Of a stretch of DNA of 64,000 nt, positions 50,734 to 63,321 are shown piece after piece. The position numbers and the translations under genes are program-made. Positions within the stretch are counted from its first letter, which is position 1. Each line of letters starts with the position of its first letter. The stretch is taken from NCBI RefSeq assembly GCF_964355755.1, contig NC_092673.1, forward strand, positions 8,556,001-8,620,000. The letters are read 5' to 3'. The notes under the pieces were generated by a model. That model was not told where the DNA came from and did not search any database. It was given only the letters and a program-made list of their open reading frames with translations. Source of the stretch: Antedon mediterranea (Eukaryota > Animalia > Echinodermata).

Positions 50734-51135
50734 TCAGCAAAATGAACAACCTCGAAATATTAAGATTACTTGCAACATAAATAATGGCGACATTACTGCA
50801 AAAACTGATAAAAGTTCTCCGTTTAGACTTTTGCAAAGTAAAAATTTGAAAATGAAAACCAGAACAAGTGTAAAGCCACTCCAAAGAGCTCTCATACCAG
50901 CAACTTTGACATCACGATCAATGCAGATACGAAGGAACACTATCATATTGAAGTAGGCATTCAATCCATCACTTGTAAAAAGCGGTATAAAGATATTCCA
51001 CCAGGATAAGTTCCAAATCTGTTCAAGTTTAAGCATTAGCAAAATGGAAAAAATAAACATTGAGATTACATTAATCCACATTTCTAGTTTTGTCAGTCCC
51101 AGCCATTGGATGAGTTCTTTCATTGTGAAAAACAT
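50734..51135 (-). CDS. TMEM203: Transmembrane protein 203, single-exon CDS, 133 aa
   Basis: MFFTMKELIQWLG...LSWWNIFIPLFTSDGLNAYF...FKFLLCKSL...SPLFMLQVILIFRGC matches the TMEM203 pattern (RELVQWLG, SWWNVFVPFF.ADGL..YF, SPLF.LLQ). ATG at 51135 lies within the listed ORF 50734-51150. Confidence 0.92.
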   Translation of the reverse strand: MFFTMKELIQWLGLTKLEMWINVISMFIFSILLMLKLEQIWNLSWWNIFIPLFTSDGLNAYFNMIVFLRICIDRDVKVAGMRALWSGFTLVLVFIFKFLLCKSLNGELLSVFAVMSPLFMLQVILIFRGCSFC

Positions 51136-51899
51136 TGTAACCAATGTCAATGAATTTCTTCTTCCTTCATGAAACTGAAAGTCACTCTCTTCTTTTTTAT
51201 GTTAGGCTCTAGCCTAGGCCGGCTCTATCTTGGCCTCTTGTGATGACCTTTTTTAGAATGTATTCACAAACATTTAAAAATACCAACTTATCTTTATTTA
51301 GTATTACTGATATCGAATCAACAGCAACACCCTTTAGTCTATCCTGACATAAGTGCTTGCCTTGGCTGCCTTGTTCAGTTCAGGCTGGGGAGTGAGTGTT
51401 GACTGCCTGGTGGAGGCTAGCCTAGAGTTAGGCCTAGCCTAGGCCTTGATTCCCGGCCTAATACTACTAGGGCCTAGGCCTAAATCAATGTATCAATCGT
51501 TCACTGTTTTAGTATTATTTGTCTCCAAATAGTTTCCGTTACCAAAAAGGTAGGTGCTTTGGTATACTGGTATTACGTACTTTCGTACAAACAACAAAGA
51601 TCTAGGCTAGGCCTACACTATCTTTGGTACAAATGAAGTAGCGCCCCCTCATGTCAATATTTTAGAAAGTTATGGGGCGCCAGGAATCATGAGAATGCAT
51701 GAGATTAATTCATTATTATTGTCTATGTTATAAAGATAAGCCCCTCGTGATCAGAGGGAGATTAATTTCACGTCTAATAAGAAATATGGCCTAATCACCA
51801 AATGATCACATCTTTTTAGAAGGAACATACATCTTAATAAAAAAAAAGTTGTTTCATTCATTTTTATTATTTTCGTCATCATTTCATCACATAATAAAA

Positions 51900-52960
51900 G
51901 ATTAACTTGTCAAAGTACAAAACATCTCAAGAAGATGGACGGTATTGTCAATAAATGAACCGAATCACTATATTCAACCACTTAAAGTGTAAACATTAAA
52001 CATTACTATTACTGTATATAACTATTTAAAATATCTACATTTTATTTAATTCAGACATTGTGTATTGACAACATCTTTTTCTTCTTGAATATGAAGGATG
52101 AAATGGACGACAAAAATAATACCTTTTATTGAATTTTCTTATACTACCTGAGCAATAAATTCCTGAGAAAATCGAGACTCATCATATCAAGACAACGAAG
52201 ACAGATTTCATAAGAAACAGTTGAATAATTATGTATCGTTATGTCTGGGTAAACATACCATATATGTTGATTATGTGTGAGATCCTTAACGTATTGCAGC
52301 ATGCAAAGAGGGTTGAAAATACACCATACAGGAACTCCGTATTTCTGAACTAGGACTACGGTATTTCTAAACACACTACGGTATTAAATAACTTTTGGAT
52401 TTCCACATCCAACTGTTCTGAAACTCTTTGTCTTCGATTCTTTATTATTAAATTCGAGATACATGAGAGCCCTCATAGATTAGAGGGTCACCCCAAAAGA
52501 CACCCTTCAATCAAAGATTTCATCAACGGTATCAAAGCCAACATTCGGCATGGTGTTCAAAGTTCAAATCAAAGTATGTTCCGACATCCAATTTGATACA
52601 CAATTTTTTAAAGAGTAATTAATTTGATCTAATAGAGTGTCATCAGCGTACATTTTTTACTGAAGTTAATAATAAATAAATTATGCTAATAAAAAATGTT
52701 TAAGTATGGGTCCCACTGCAGTACCGAACCCAGGGGACACCAGAAAATACAAGAGAGGATGAAAACGCTCTTCTGAAAAAAGAATCTTCTTAGACTGACC
52801 CACAGGAAGAAAGATATCTATTGCAATAGTAGTCGATCTCACAAATACCAAGACATTTGACTTTTCGGAGAAATAATAATGTGAGGGCCAGACCCGATCG
52901 AACGCGTTACTCAAATCAAGAAAAATTGCGTTAATACGTGGAGTAGATCGTTCTTCATAG
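51900..52960 (-). mobile_element. Degenerate CR1-like LINE remnant
   Basis: DLSNAFDRVW-like motif at about 52890-52915, AVGPIL, and YGVPVW fragments in broken frames. Confidence 0.5.
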
Positions 52961-53146
52961 TGGAGTGCTTTTGGTAAGAATTGTTACACAGATGACAAAG
53001 TTTTCAAATGTTGCACATTATATACTCGGGCAGGATAGACTCGAAATATCACACTGTGTAGTAAAAAAATTGTTAACACATGACCATATTTAATCTTGCC
53101 GACCCGTTTGCATCGCCTTCATACGCGTCATGCTAATGACCGCTAA

Positions 53147-53615
53147 AGCGTGGTTCCCACTAGCGACGCAACGCAAGGACGTAACGCAACGCAAGTGAAT
53201 TGACCAATCACAAGCGATGTCTTATTCGCTTGTGATTGCCAACTTCGCTTGTCATTGGTTAAAACGCTTGCATTGCGTTTACGTCCTTGCGTTACGTTCT
53301 AGTGGGAACCAAGCTTTAACATCGACACGTACAGGGACGTACAGCGCAACGTAGGTATTTTTGACCAAAAGGCGACTTATTATAGGCTATTCAAACTTTC
53401 GCTTATCATTGGTCAAATAGCTTGTGTTGCGTCCACTAGGCCTAAGCTTGGTTTCTAAAATTCTACGCAACCCAAGGATGTACGCCGCAAAAAGTGATTT
53501 GACCAATCACCAGCGGTAGATTATTTCGAACAGTCGCATGTTATTGGTCAACTCGCTTGCCTTGCGTCTACGTCCTTGCGTTGTGTCTCTCGTGTGGGAA
53601 CTAAACTTTGGCTTT
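53147..53615. mobile_element. Cluster of about three Harbinger-like MITE copies
   Basis: 53147-53315 is nearly identical to 38747-38925; diverged copies follow at about 53320-53440 and 53445-53615. Confidence 0.75.
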
Positions 53616-54033
53616 ATTGCACTGTACAGTACCCCTTTAAATATTAAAATACCCACACTTATGCTGCTTGTGCGCCCCGTATTAGTATGGAACGCTTGTT
53701 ATGCCTATATCACCAGTTTTAAATTATTATTTTCTGTATGCTTGGTTTGGTTCGTTTTTGTTTGATAATACCATGGAGTAATACTCCATGATAATACAGT
53801 AAATGGCAGATAAGAGTAGATTTGAAATTGTATGGATTGAAAATAAAATGAAAGACAATTTTGCCCAAAGAAACATAACTTCAAATAGTAAAACAATACG
53901 GCACAATTGTCATTCCATAATCTGATCAGTAGCTGTTGAACTAGCCTGGGTGGGCCTAGCTAGCTGCTACTGCTAGGTGTTTTGTATGGGAATCCTTTTG
54001 TATGTAGCCTCCTAAAGAGAAATATATCAAGTT

Positions 54034-57000
54034 ATGGCAGAATCTGACAGCGGACAGTCTAGTTCGTCTTCTTATGCCGGTAAGTTAAGTCTATATTGTA
54101 TAAATAAAGGCATAGCCTAGTTTAGATATGGATATTATTAATAATATCAAATTGTTTCTGAATCGAATCCTTTGGCATAATAGGCATAGCAATACTATAG
54201 GCCTAGGCCTCTAACTAGGTACTACAGATCGACAATTACGACCCTGACAGCCAGGATTCCGGGACGATTCGGCCCACTTTTGGTGGGAATATTTGGCCCA
54301 CATTTAAACCAAAAAGTAACACTTTGTCGGCCGAAGCGTGTCACTATAGACAAAACCAATGATTGTTAATAAATAATAATTATAAATAAGGCCTACACAA
54401 TTTAATATTGTGGTATTTATTAATTAATAAATAATACATTAGGCCTACTCATTTATCATATATGGAATATGGTTTTCATCGAAACGAAATTGATTAGTAA
54501 ATTGAAAAGCTCATGCTTGCAAATCTTTAGTGGTGATGCGGTTATTAAGGATCAAGTGATGTATACTATACACAAGAGAGGTGCGTCATTTGTCCGATGT
54601 GCGTCATACATTACATATACCAAAGTTACCAGCCTGAGAGATTTTCAAATACGGGACAGACTATTTCTGTGGCAGGGGTCACGTGGTGGGTGTTGTGATG
54701 AAGCGAATTTAGTTCACTGGCAATGGCACTCCTTCCTAGATGGCCGGAAATATTACTCGCGCACGTAAAAGTCATGATATGGCATCTCTAGTTGGCTGGA
54801 GATGATACTCCGATAGTAATCAGCAAAACGATCATGTTTTGCATTTAATATTCAGCATAGCTCGAGGTTTCCCCTTTTATATACGCACACAACATCATGT
54901 CACTGTGTCGTGTCAGTCCAACATGGGATTTTACATTAGTAATCGCGATAGTGACCAACGCATACTGCTGGCTATCGACGTGGTCACGCATGTTTTTATT
55001 CAAACTGCGTGTTTCATTAAAAATCACTTTAACATGCAGGACCGTCCTGCACAATGAAAGACAGTTGGTGTAACTATGGTATACCATGATGCACCCCTGC
55101 ATCATAACATTGGCTTACCTTTACATGACAATGAAGCAGCTATTTTAAAATTAGTGATGGACCTTTTAGAGATCAAGATGATGATGACTGTGGTAAAGTG
55201 ACTGACATTGTTTATTGAGGTGACGTACCCTGTGGGTTTTTTGACACACCCCTCCCGGGGATGTATAATGCACTGCATTACACCCATCATCATCTTTACC
55301 CACCATTGCCTAGAGGGATGTTTTTTCTGTTTGGAGGGCTGGAGGTCTGATCGTCTTAGCGTATAGCGAAACTGTTAGACCAGGAGAAGGAAATCAAGAT
55401 GATCTCGGAAATTTGTCGGACCATTTTTTTTATAATACCATTTGAGGACGCTGATTCCAAATATATGTTTAGGGTGACATTTTCGAGAAAAGCAATCTTT
55501 TATGATAAATTTTCACCAACTTGTCGCTCAATTCCGTGTTGCACTGTCGCATGACCCATTAGCTCTATTCTATCCTACAATGCCTTTCGAATTTTACCTA
55601 CTTCAGACAAACAAGAGGTTCTTGTGTTATGGTATTTGCTAATAATATACAGTATTCTAAATGTTAAGAGAAATTAAATTTTGTCATCAAATTGCATTCT
55701 AGGTATATAACTACAGACATGATTACCATCAATGAGAATATCATGAGTAGATTTAGTAAAACAATTTATAGCCATTTCTGTAGTCTTAGCAACATTAAGA
55801 TGTGCCACTGCACAATTTTCCATTTTAAATTGGACAAATAAAATTTCTTGAGTCTGCACCCAAAATTGTTTGCCCATTTATCAATAAGATCACAACTGTG
55901 CCCTCTCTAGCTTCATGTACGTGGCCTTATATACACTCATTCCCTAGGATCTATTATTGATTAGATATGTCATTTAATCAAAAGTTTCCAGACGATCGGA
56001 GGTGGGAGGACTTGAACTTTGGCAGCATATTGACCCCCAGGCCAAGACACTTCGGCCTCAGAACGTTTTCGGCCTAAGGGCGATTCGGCTCATTTAATAT
56101 GTATTGATAGTAAACCTGGAGAAATTTCAAAGACTAAAAAAAAATTAATAAAAATCACAAAAAAAAGTTTGTTTGTTTTCACTTGGAAACTGTACTGAAA
56201 GTTATACAAATGATAAACTAATGATTATTGTGAGATGCAGTGTACAACTTTATTATTATTTACTTTTACATGTTCTATTTATTCTAGATTGGTGGCGCTA
56301 TTACTGTCAGTATGCGCAGCAGGCTCAAGCTGCCCAAGCTCAGCAGACACAGGGTCAAGCATCCACATACAGTACTACTACTACTCCAACCACAACTGAA
56401 CAGGATACCTATCAAGTAAACTACTCTGCCTACACGTCAAGCTATACGCAGGCAGCACCAACATCAACAGCAGCAACATCAAACTATAAAGAACCAGTCA
56501 AGGATGGTTATTACTCACATTCTTATTCTGGTTATTACTCTGCTGGACCAGATCCAATAGAAAACAAAACTCAACATGAAGTGAGTTATCACTCAGAAAA
56601 TCCTACTGGAAGTTATGCCAACGACAATGCTCAAAATGCGCAACTAGAGAACCTGCAAAAATTGGTTGCACAAAGTGTGGCTGAAGCTGTTTTAAAAGAA
56701 TGTGCCGATATAAATTTGACACAGCAGCCTATGGGAGGTATGATAGACAAAATTCCACCAGATATGGAATATGAACGAAGCAGATTTCGTGAAGGGTCAT
56801 GGAGAGGGAGAGGAGGTAGAGGAGGTAGGGGAAAGAATGGACACTCTTATTTTGATAATCGTCACCAAAGAGACTTTCATGGCAATGATGATGGTTACTG
56901 GAATAAACGTAAATTTAATGATGGTGGTGGAGAGTATCGTTCTAGGCGGTCAGATTTTGGTCGTGGATTCCGACCAAATGTCCATCCCCGGGATGCGTTT

Positions 57001-60000
57001 AGATCGAATCGGTATGATGGTACTAACCATGCAAGTGATAAATCTCCCATACATGTACCACAGCGTTCTCTTGGACCATCAAATCCGGCAGCTGTTGTCC
57101 AACAACAGATTGAGATGATGATGAAAGGGGGGAAAAGTAAACGACCACGTGTGTATGCACCTCCACCAAAATCTTTGACAAATCAAATTTACAATGCAAT
57201 GAAGCATCCCAGTGAAGATAGGTTGAAAAGTAGTGAAGCTAAAGATACAAAGAAAGAAGAAAAGGAATCAACTAAAAGTGATGATGTTAAACTTGGAAGA
57301 GACAACCATGAGGTTTTAAAACCTGGTGAATCTAAACATGGTGAGAAATACTGCTATAGTATGAATTAGATTTGTTTACTCATGTCAGGCAGTTTCTACC
57401 AAGAGCCTGGCTCAAACTATAATGAAAGTTATAAAATCAACTACAGTATTTCAGTGATCAAGTAAATAAATGAACCTTTTAGCTTGGTTGAATCAATAGC
57501 TTGCACCGTCAAACAGTTTAAATTGACCGATATATAATTCTAGGTGCAAATTGGAATAAGAATTGTTTTGACTATGATGTACTGTAGATTGTACTGTATT
57601 TTTTTAAATATGTATACATATTATTATTAGAAAGAATTGTACAGGCTTTATGAGAAATTTAGTCATAATGCATTCAATCATAAATGTTTGGGTTTTTTTT
57701 TTAGATGAGTCTAATGTTTCTGAAGAGGTTGCTGTTCCAGTTGGATACAATCCAGAAGAAAAATATGGTAAATAATATCAGACACTAAACGAAACCCTCC
57801 TTGATTTTTCCAAGGTCTGGTTGTCTATAGGAAAACTTATTTCTGTACATTATGTTTTATATAATAATTTGAACATTAATGGTTTTGTGAAATGTAAATA
57901 GTACTGGATTTTATACAACTTGCTTTTATCTATGTAAAAATGTCAACTTGATTAGTGTTTACCATGTGTAATTACCTAATTTAGTTAGCCCTTCCCCTGA
58001 TATATTATGTTTACCATGTTTATGATTTTATTTTCAAAAAAAAAAAAAAAACAGGGAATCATTTAATACTCTTCACATCAGAAAAAATGAAAAACACATT
58101 TTTCTCCTGATTTATTTTTCACGTTTTCACAAACCTTACACAATCTTGGAAGGTCAATTACACACGCCCAGTAGCAATTTGAGACATCTCAGAACAGAAG
58201 ATGGGCTTCTCACTGGGTCCCCTGTAAAATGTTGGGAAATTTTCTTAAATATTGCCTTTACATAGGCAAACCTGGTTAATAATGTTGCTGTTATACGACG
58301 TGCCACATACCTCACACTAATCTTTTTACTTGATATGCTTGTGACATGCCGTGAATCTGATGCGAACTGGTGTGAAAGACGCTTCATTGGTGTAGGCCAT
58401 CACCATTGCTGAATATGTATTAAATTTAAATGTGTTTAATATTCATTGTATAGGTGAGGAATATATCCAAGAAGTTAAAGCCTTTCATTGTCATCTTTGT
58501 GGTGTGTTGTTAAGGTGGCAATCTGAAGTTGATGAACATGTTAGAAGTACTCAACACTATCGTTGCTTTAAGGTAACTAGTTTAACTCTCGCCGAATTGC
58601 TTGTATCCTTAGGCAAGATACTTTGCCTCTCTTCACCCAGGTGTATAAATGGGAACCCGGTAATAGATCAAGACATAACTTTGCGCTGATTACTAGCTGC
58701 ATTATGGGGGTATGTTTCCATAGGTGTTTGACCAAAAATAAATGACTGGGGTAATAATGTTCAGTGCTTAGAGGTTTCACAAAATTAGGCGCTATATAAA
58801 TCCAGGATATTATTATTATTATTAATAATTGCCAAATAGGAAAACTGTGCTATTTAATAACATGAAAATGGAAAAAAAATATTTCAGAGACATACCGTAT
58901 CCATTCTATTAACTCTAATAAATGCCTTGGGCATTATTTTTTGGATAATTAATATCAAGAAATAATAATAAAGTCAAATTGTCATTTTATATTCAACTTA
59001 CTACAATAATCTCACATTTTGGATAATTATTTATGTCAACATGAATTTCCTTTCTACTTTTTGTAATAAAACAAAATAATCTGTTTTATAAGATGACAAT
59101 TCTTTTTGAAAAACCAAAAAATTTGTGAAAACTAATCGGACAGCTTTTTAGAAGAATGAAGAAGAATAGGACAGCGAAAATATCAAGGTTAGTTTTCAGT
59201 AATTGGTTTTTCAAAAAGAATTGTCAACTTTATTTGTAAAGACCAGATGACCATTTTTAATTTATTTTATGTTTAGAATTGCGAACATGCAGAAAACACA
59301 GAAAATGAAGAACACAAAGAAGTTACTAAGGTATGATTTTATTTTATCTTATTTTAAATGTATGCATTGTCAGTAGAGTAGTTTTTTAAACCAGTTTATT
59401 ATACACAGTATATATTAATAATCATGTGGATCATTGTATCAAAATAAAATGTGTTTGCTGCCCTCAGGTGTCAGACGAATCCAGTGAGAATAAAGTAAAA
59501 ATTGAGGTAAACATTTTATTTTTGTTTTGTTTTTTAAATGGTATTGTAGAGCGGACACATGTTAAAGGAAATTAAATTAATTATTATTAACAGAAATTCT
59601 TGTTTCCCTGCACTTTGCCGCCTAATTACTAAAAATAAGTGATCTTCTCTACGGCCACTCCCACCACACCAACTTGCTACTTGTTGTTTTTCTGGTTGTG
59701 ATTGGCTTTTACTTTGATTATCATTTTTGTTTTGTTTTTAGTAGTAATAACGATAATAATAATAATGTGATAATAATAGTAATAATAATAGAAAAATGAA
59801 TTTTAAACAGTATCACAATTTTGATTTTAATGTTTTGCAAATGGTAACGTCCTTTTTTTGTGTACAGGTTAATAGTTTTTTGCTATAAGCTTTTTCGACT
59901 TACTGATGTTCTGCATGAGATTTTAATGTTTTTAACTGTTTTTTATTATTGTACAAATGGTATATGTAATTTACTCTCAATTCAATGTTATATATTACAA

Positions 60001-60311
60001 TGAGTAGAACGAATAAAACCAGAAACCAGAAATAAAATAAATATAATCTATTTAGATATTATATAAAACAAATAATGAATGTTTTATATTCGTGTAATAG
60101 TACAAATAACAAACAAAAATAATTTTATTTAACAAAAAAGAGAGTACCCCGTAAAAATTAAAAGTAACGCACTCAATGGTTTATTATGATTTTATACCTG
60201 GCCAAAATCTGTTCACCATTGCTCTTTTCTATTCTTTTCAACTGTGTTTTTATTTGACTATTGCAGATATGTGACGAGCATAAAGAAACAGTTAACCAAG
60301 AACTTGCCTGA
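54034..60311 (+). CDS. Low-complexity (Q/S/T/Y + RGG) protein with one matrin/U1-type C2H2 zinc finger, about 472 aa, 7 exons
   Basis: Exons 54034-54079, 56288-57340, 57705-57767, 58454-58572, 59277-59330, 59468-59506, 60267-60311; GT-AG and in frame (1419 nt). Finger context YNPEEKYGEEYIQEVKAFHCHLCGVLLRWQSEVDEHVRSTQHYRCFK resembles Matrin3/CIZ1-type fingers. The last three short exons are less certain. Confidence 0.75.
55660..55900 (-). mobile_element. Short LINE RT remnant (Rex/Babar-like)
   Basis: LNVAKTTEMAI..F...ILIDG resembles the LNVSKTKEMVIDF region of RT. Confidence 0.4.
58595..58823 (+). mobile_element. SINE remnant (CORE-like centre, L2-type tail)
   Basis: TTGTATCCTTAGGCAAGATACT..CTCTCTTCACCCAGGTGTATAAATGGG and tail GGCGCTATATAAATCC..(TAT)n. 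Confidence 0.6.
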
Positions 60312-63300
60312 AATATATATTTATTATACCTTTATGGAGAAATTTGAAACTGATCATGGATTACTGCATGTTCTGAAAACATTCCAATATAATATATTTA
60401 TTTTTCAAAACTTCTACTGTCGCTAATAATGATATGTAAACTGAACAATTAATTGTAAATTGGGTCTATAGCCTTACTCGCACTGGACTTATTTTAGTGA
60501 AAATAGAATAAGACATCACAAACCACTGTCCACGCAAGAACTTCCTGGCTGTGAGTTTTACAGACTTCCAAAACTATGTTTACGGTCATTTGAAGGTAAT
60601 ACAAAGAAGTTTAACATAGTGATTGCATTTACACTCTTTATATTTCCTTCAACAATTAGCTCTAAGATACTATTTGTTGTAGAGACATGACCTGGAGTTG
60701 TGGATGGACAATCTCTGAAATTGCTGGGGTTTTTTTTAACCAAAAAAGAATCATGGGCTTACAGTAGTATAACCTCTGAAATAATCAGTTTTGTACCCTA
60801 CCACTGCCAGAAGTTTGGCCTTCCAATAAAGATGCTTTAGGTTGTTTGGGTTTTTTTTCATAAACCCTACAACGAAAACATTATGTGCTTGCTAGAGAAC
60901 TTCTTAACTGAAAGCAAAGAGCATACCATCTGTATCTTTAGCTCTGTCTACACGATGATCGTTATATTACTGCCACAGTGTGACAGTATAAAGCTTTAAG
61001 TTTAATACATTGATTGCCACATTGTACTACAATGGTTTATGTAGATATCCATGACCGGTAGTGACCTATCTGCAACATGCTAACTAGGGAAGATAAACAT
61101 GGTAAAGTATAAGCATTATTTGAAATACAGTACCAGTATTGTGCATCGAAAAAGTATTTCATGAAACACTCATACATTTTATTTTTTGTATTGTATTGTA
61201 CTGTGGCGTAGCTTTGCGCCAGGAAGTTGAGTAATTGGTCAGATGCTCGCCCTACTCTCACGTAACTTTTTACTTAATTTTAAAATTAAATTAAGTAAGA
61301 GAACTCGTAGATTTTTGTTTTCAAAAATGTATTGTGCCATCAATTGTATTATTAAAAATCTGACAAATAGAAAAATGTGTAACATAAACAGTTTAGCTAG
61401 TACTATTCTTTGTGTATCCCTTTAATTATTGTATGTTTGTCAGTTTGTAGTCTTGTGTTCATTGTTAGCTGAAGGAGTTGGAGAAATTACTATCAAAGTA
61501 ATACATTTAGCTATCAAAGAACATAACTTCTTTTGTATGCATGTGTGTTTTAAGTAAATACAGTAGTTTAAAGTTTTACTTTGTAAAATGAAAATGTGCT
61601 GTTCATTGCATTAGCAATCTATAATTGTGACTTGTCTATCGATCATCAAATTTGCAATAAGCATGTAAATAATTAATACAGTAAGTAACAAACTTTAAAA
61701 GTAGCTTTTTTGTGTGGAAAATTTATCATTTAAGTCAGTGGTAGCCAGTTTGACGGGGCCGTAGCCAGCATGAATTTCCAACTTTTACCACCTACCCCAA
61801 TTCCCCAGCACTGATCGTTGTATTTTAAATTAATAATATATTTAAAGCATCTTTGCCTCATCTGTTTTTAACTTCTCGCTACAGACTTGTGTTTTTAGGG
61901 GAATAAATCATGGTTGCCTGTTTTTCACTTTAAAAATCCAATGTTTTCAGAGAAAAATATGTGCCAAAATTTTATCATTTTCCACTACAAAATGTGAAGT
62001 GACAATTTTTATTTCAATCACATGTCTGCTGAATCGGGTGGTCCTGAACACAACTCACACAACACAAACTCATTTCTGTTATTGGTTGCATATTTATTTT
62101 TTGTTCCACAGTGCAAAATTAGACATTATTCAAACTATTATTTTTCTGAAGCAGAAAGAAAAGATGGAAATATGAATGGTATATGAACAGACACTTTCAA
62201 TTCACCTAGTGGAAAACAGGCTTAATGCTTTATTATGTTGGAAATTGAATCCAATTGATAAACATAGTTGGGTCCACCTTAATGGGGATTCTTCTGTTTG
62301 TGTATTTTTTTGTAACTAAATTATGAATTTAGGCATATTCATTTTTTTCCAGATTCTTTTTGAAATTTATTGTACAGTACATTTGTGATATATCAAGATT
62401 AAAATTTTAAAAGACAATACTTGTCAATGTATAGTCTCATTCTAATCAATTAGTATTTGACACCACATATTTGAAAACAACAATGCTTTTCTATAGCTAG
62501 TTTCCATTCACCATTGTTCATGAGAATCAATGCTCTTCTATAGCACATTTCAACCCCTCCCACTGTGAACATTGCTATTGTTTTAGCTGTCACACCAGTC
62601 CCACCCAATTTTCTGCCAATTTCCTGGACTTTCTGCAATCTCATCCCTGAAGACAATCAAAGACATTAAGTTGTTCGAAATGTCGAGAAACTTTATAGTT
62701 TCAGAACTACATGGTGTACCGGAAACTTTATATCATCAACATTTTGACTTTGGCATGCAAACCTTCAAACAACATAGAGTACAAGCTTATTTGTATTTAA
62801 AGACAACTCTCTCCCTCCCTAAATATGCATAATTTTGTTATATATTACAAATAAATGGACATTAAAGAGTTACTATTAAAAACTCCTTTAGCAAGATACA
62901 CATTTTCTTTGCCGTTGGTTAAGTTTCGAAATTTCATATTAATTTCATGTCCGCATTGTCATAAAGTCAGCAAGTTCCTTGTACAGTATAAGAAAATTAA
63001 TTATTTTGGTATTGGATTTGTTTTTCCACATCATCAAGTATTATGATAAGACCTCACACATTTACATATACAAAGCTGTCCTGCTATCAAAAGTTCTATT
63101 TCATGGTAAAAGTTCTACTAATTGTGGTCTAAGACAGAGTTTTGACTTAATATTGGTAAAAAGATATATTTTGCCACACAGGGTTCCGTAGTCCTTTTTT
63201 GATGAAATGAATGTAATTCCACAATGATTCTAAACGGTTTATAACACTCTTTGCCAGTGACATACAACAGATATGCAGCATGTTTTCCATAATAAAGATA

Positions 63301-63321
63301 TAGGAGGGTAATAATATAAAT

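Noticed and set aside
59092-59228. Possible extra exon of the zinc-finger gene near 59144-59187
   Set aside because: Lies inside a small inverted-repeat element (GACAATTCTTTTTGAAAAACCAA / TTGGTTTTTCAAAAAGAATTGTC) and would break frame or stop.
62450-62656. 68-aa minus-strand ORF
   Set aside because: No recognisable motif or ATG start; likely 3' UTR of the gene ending at 63322.
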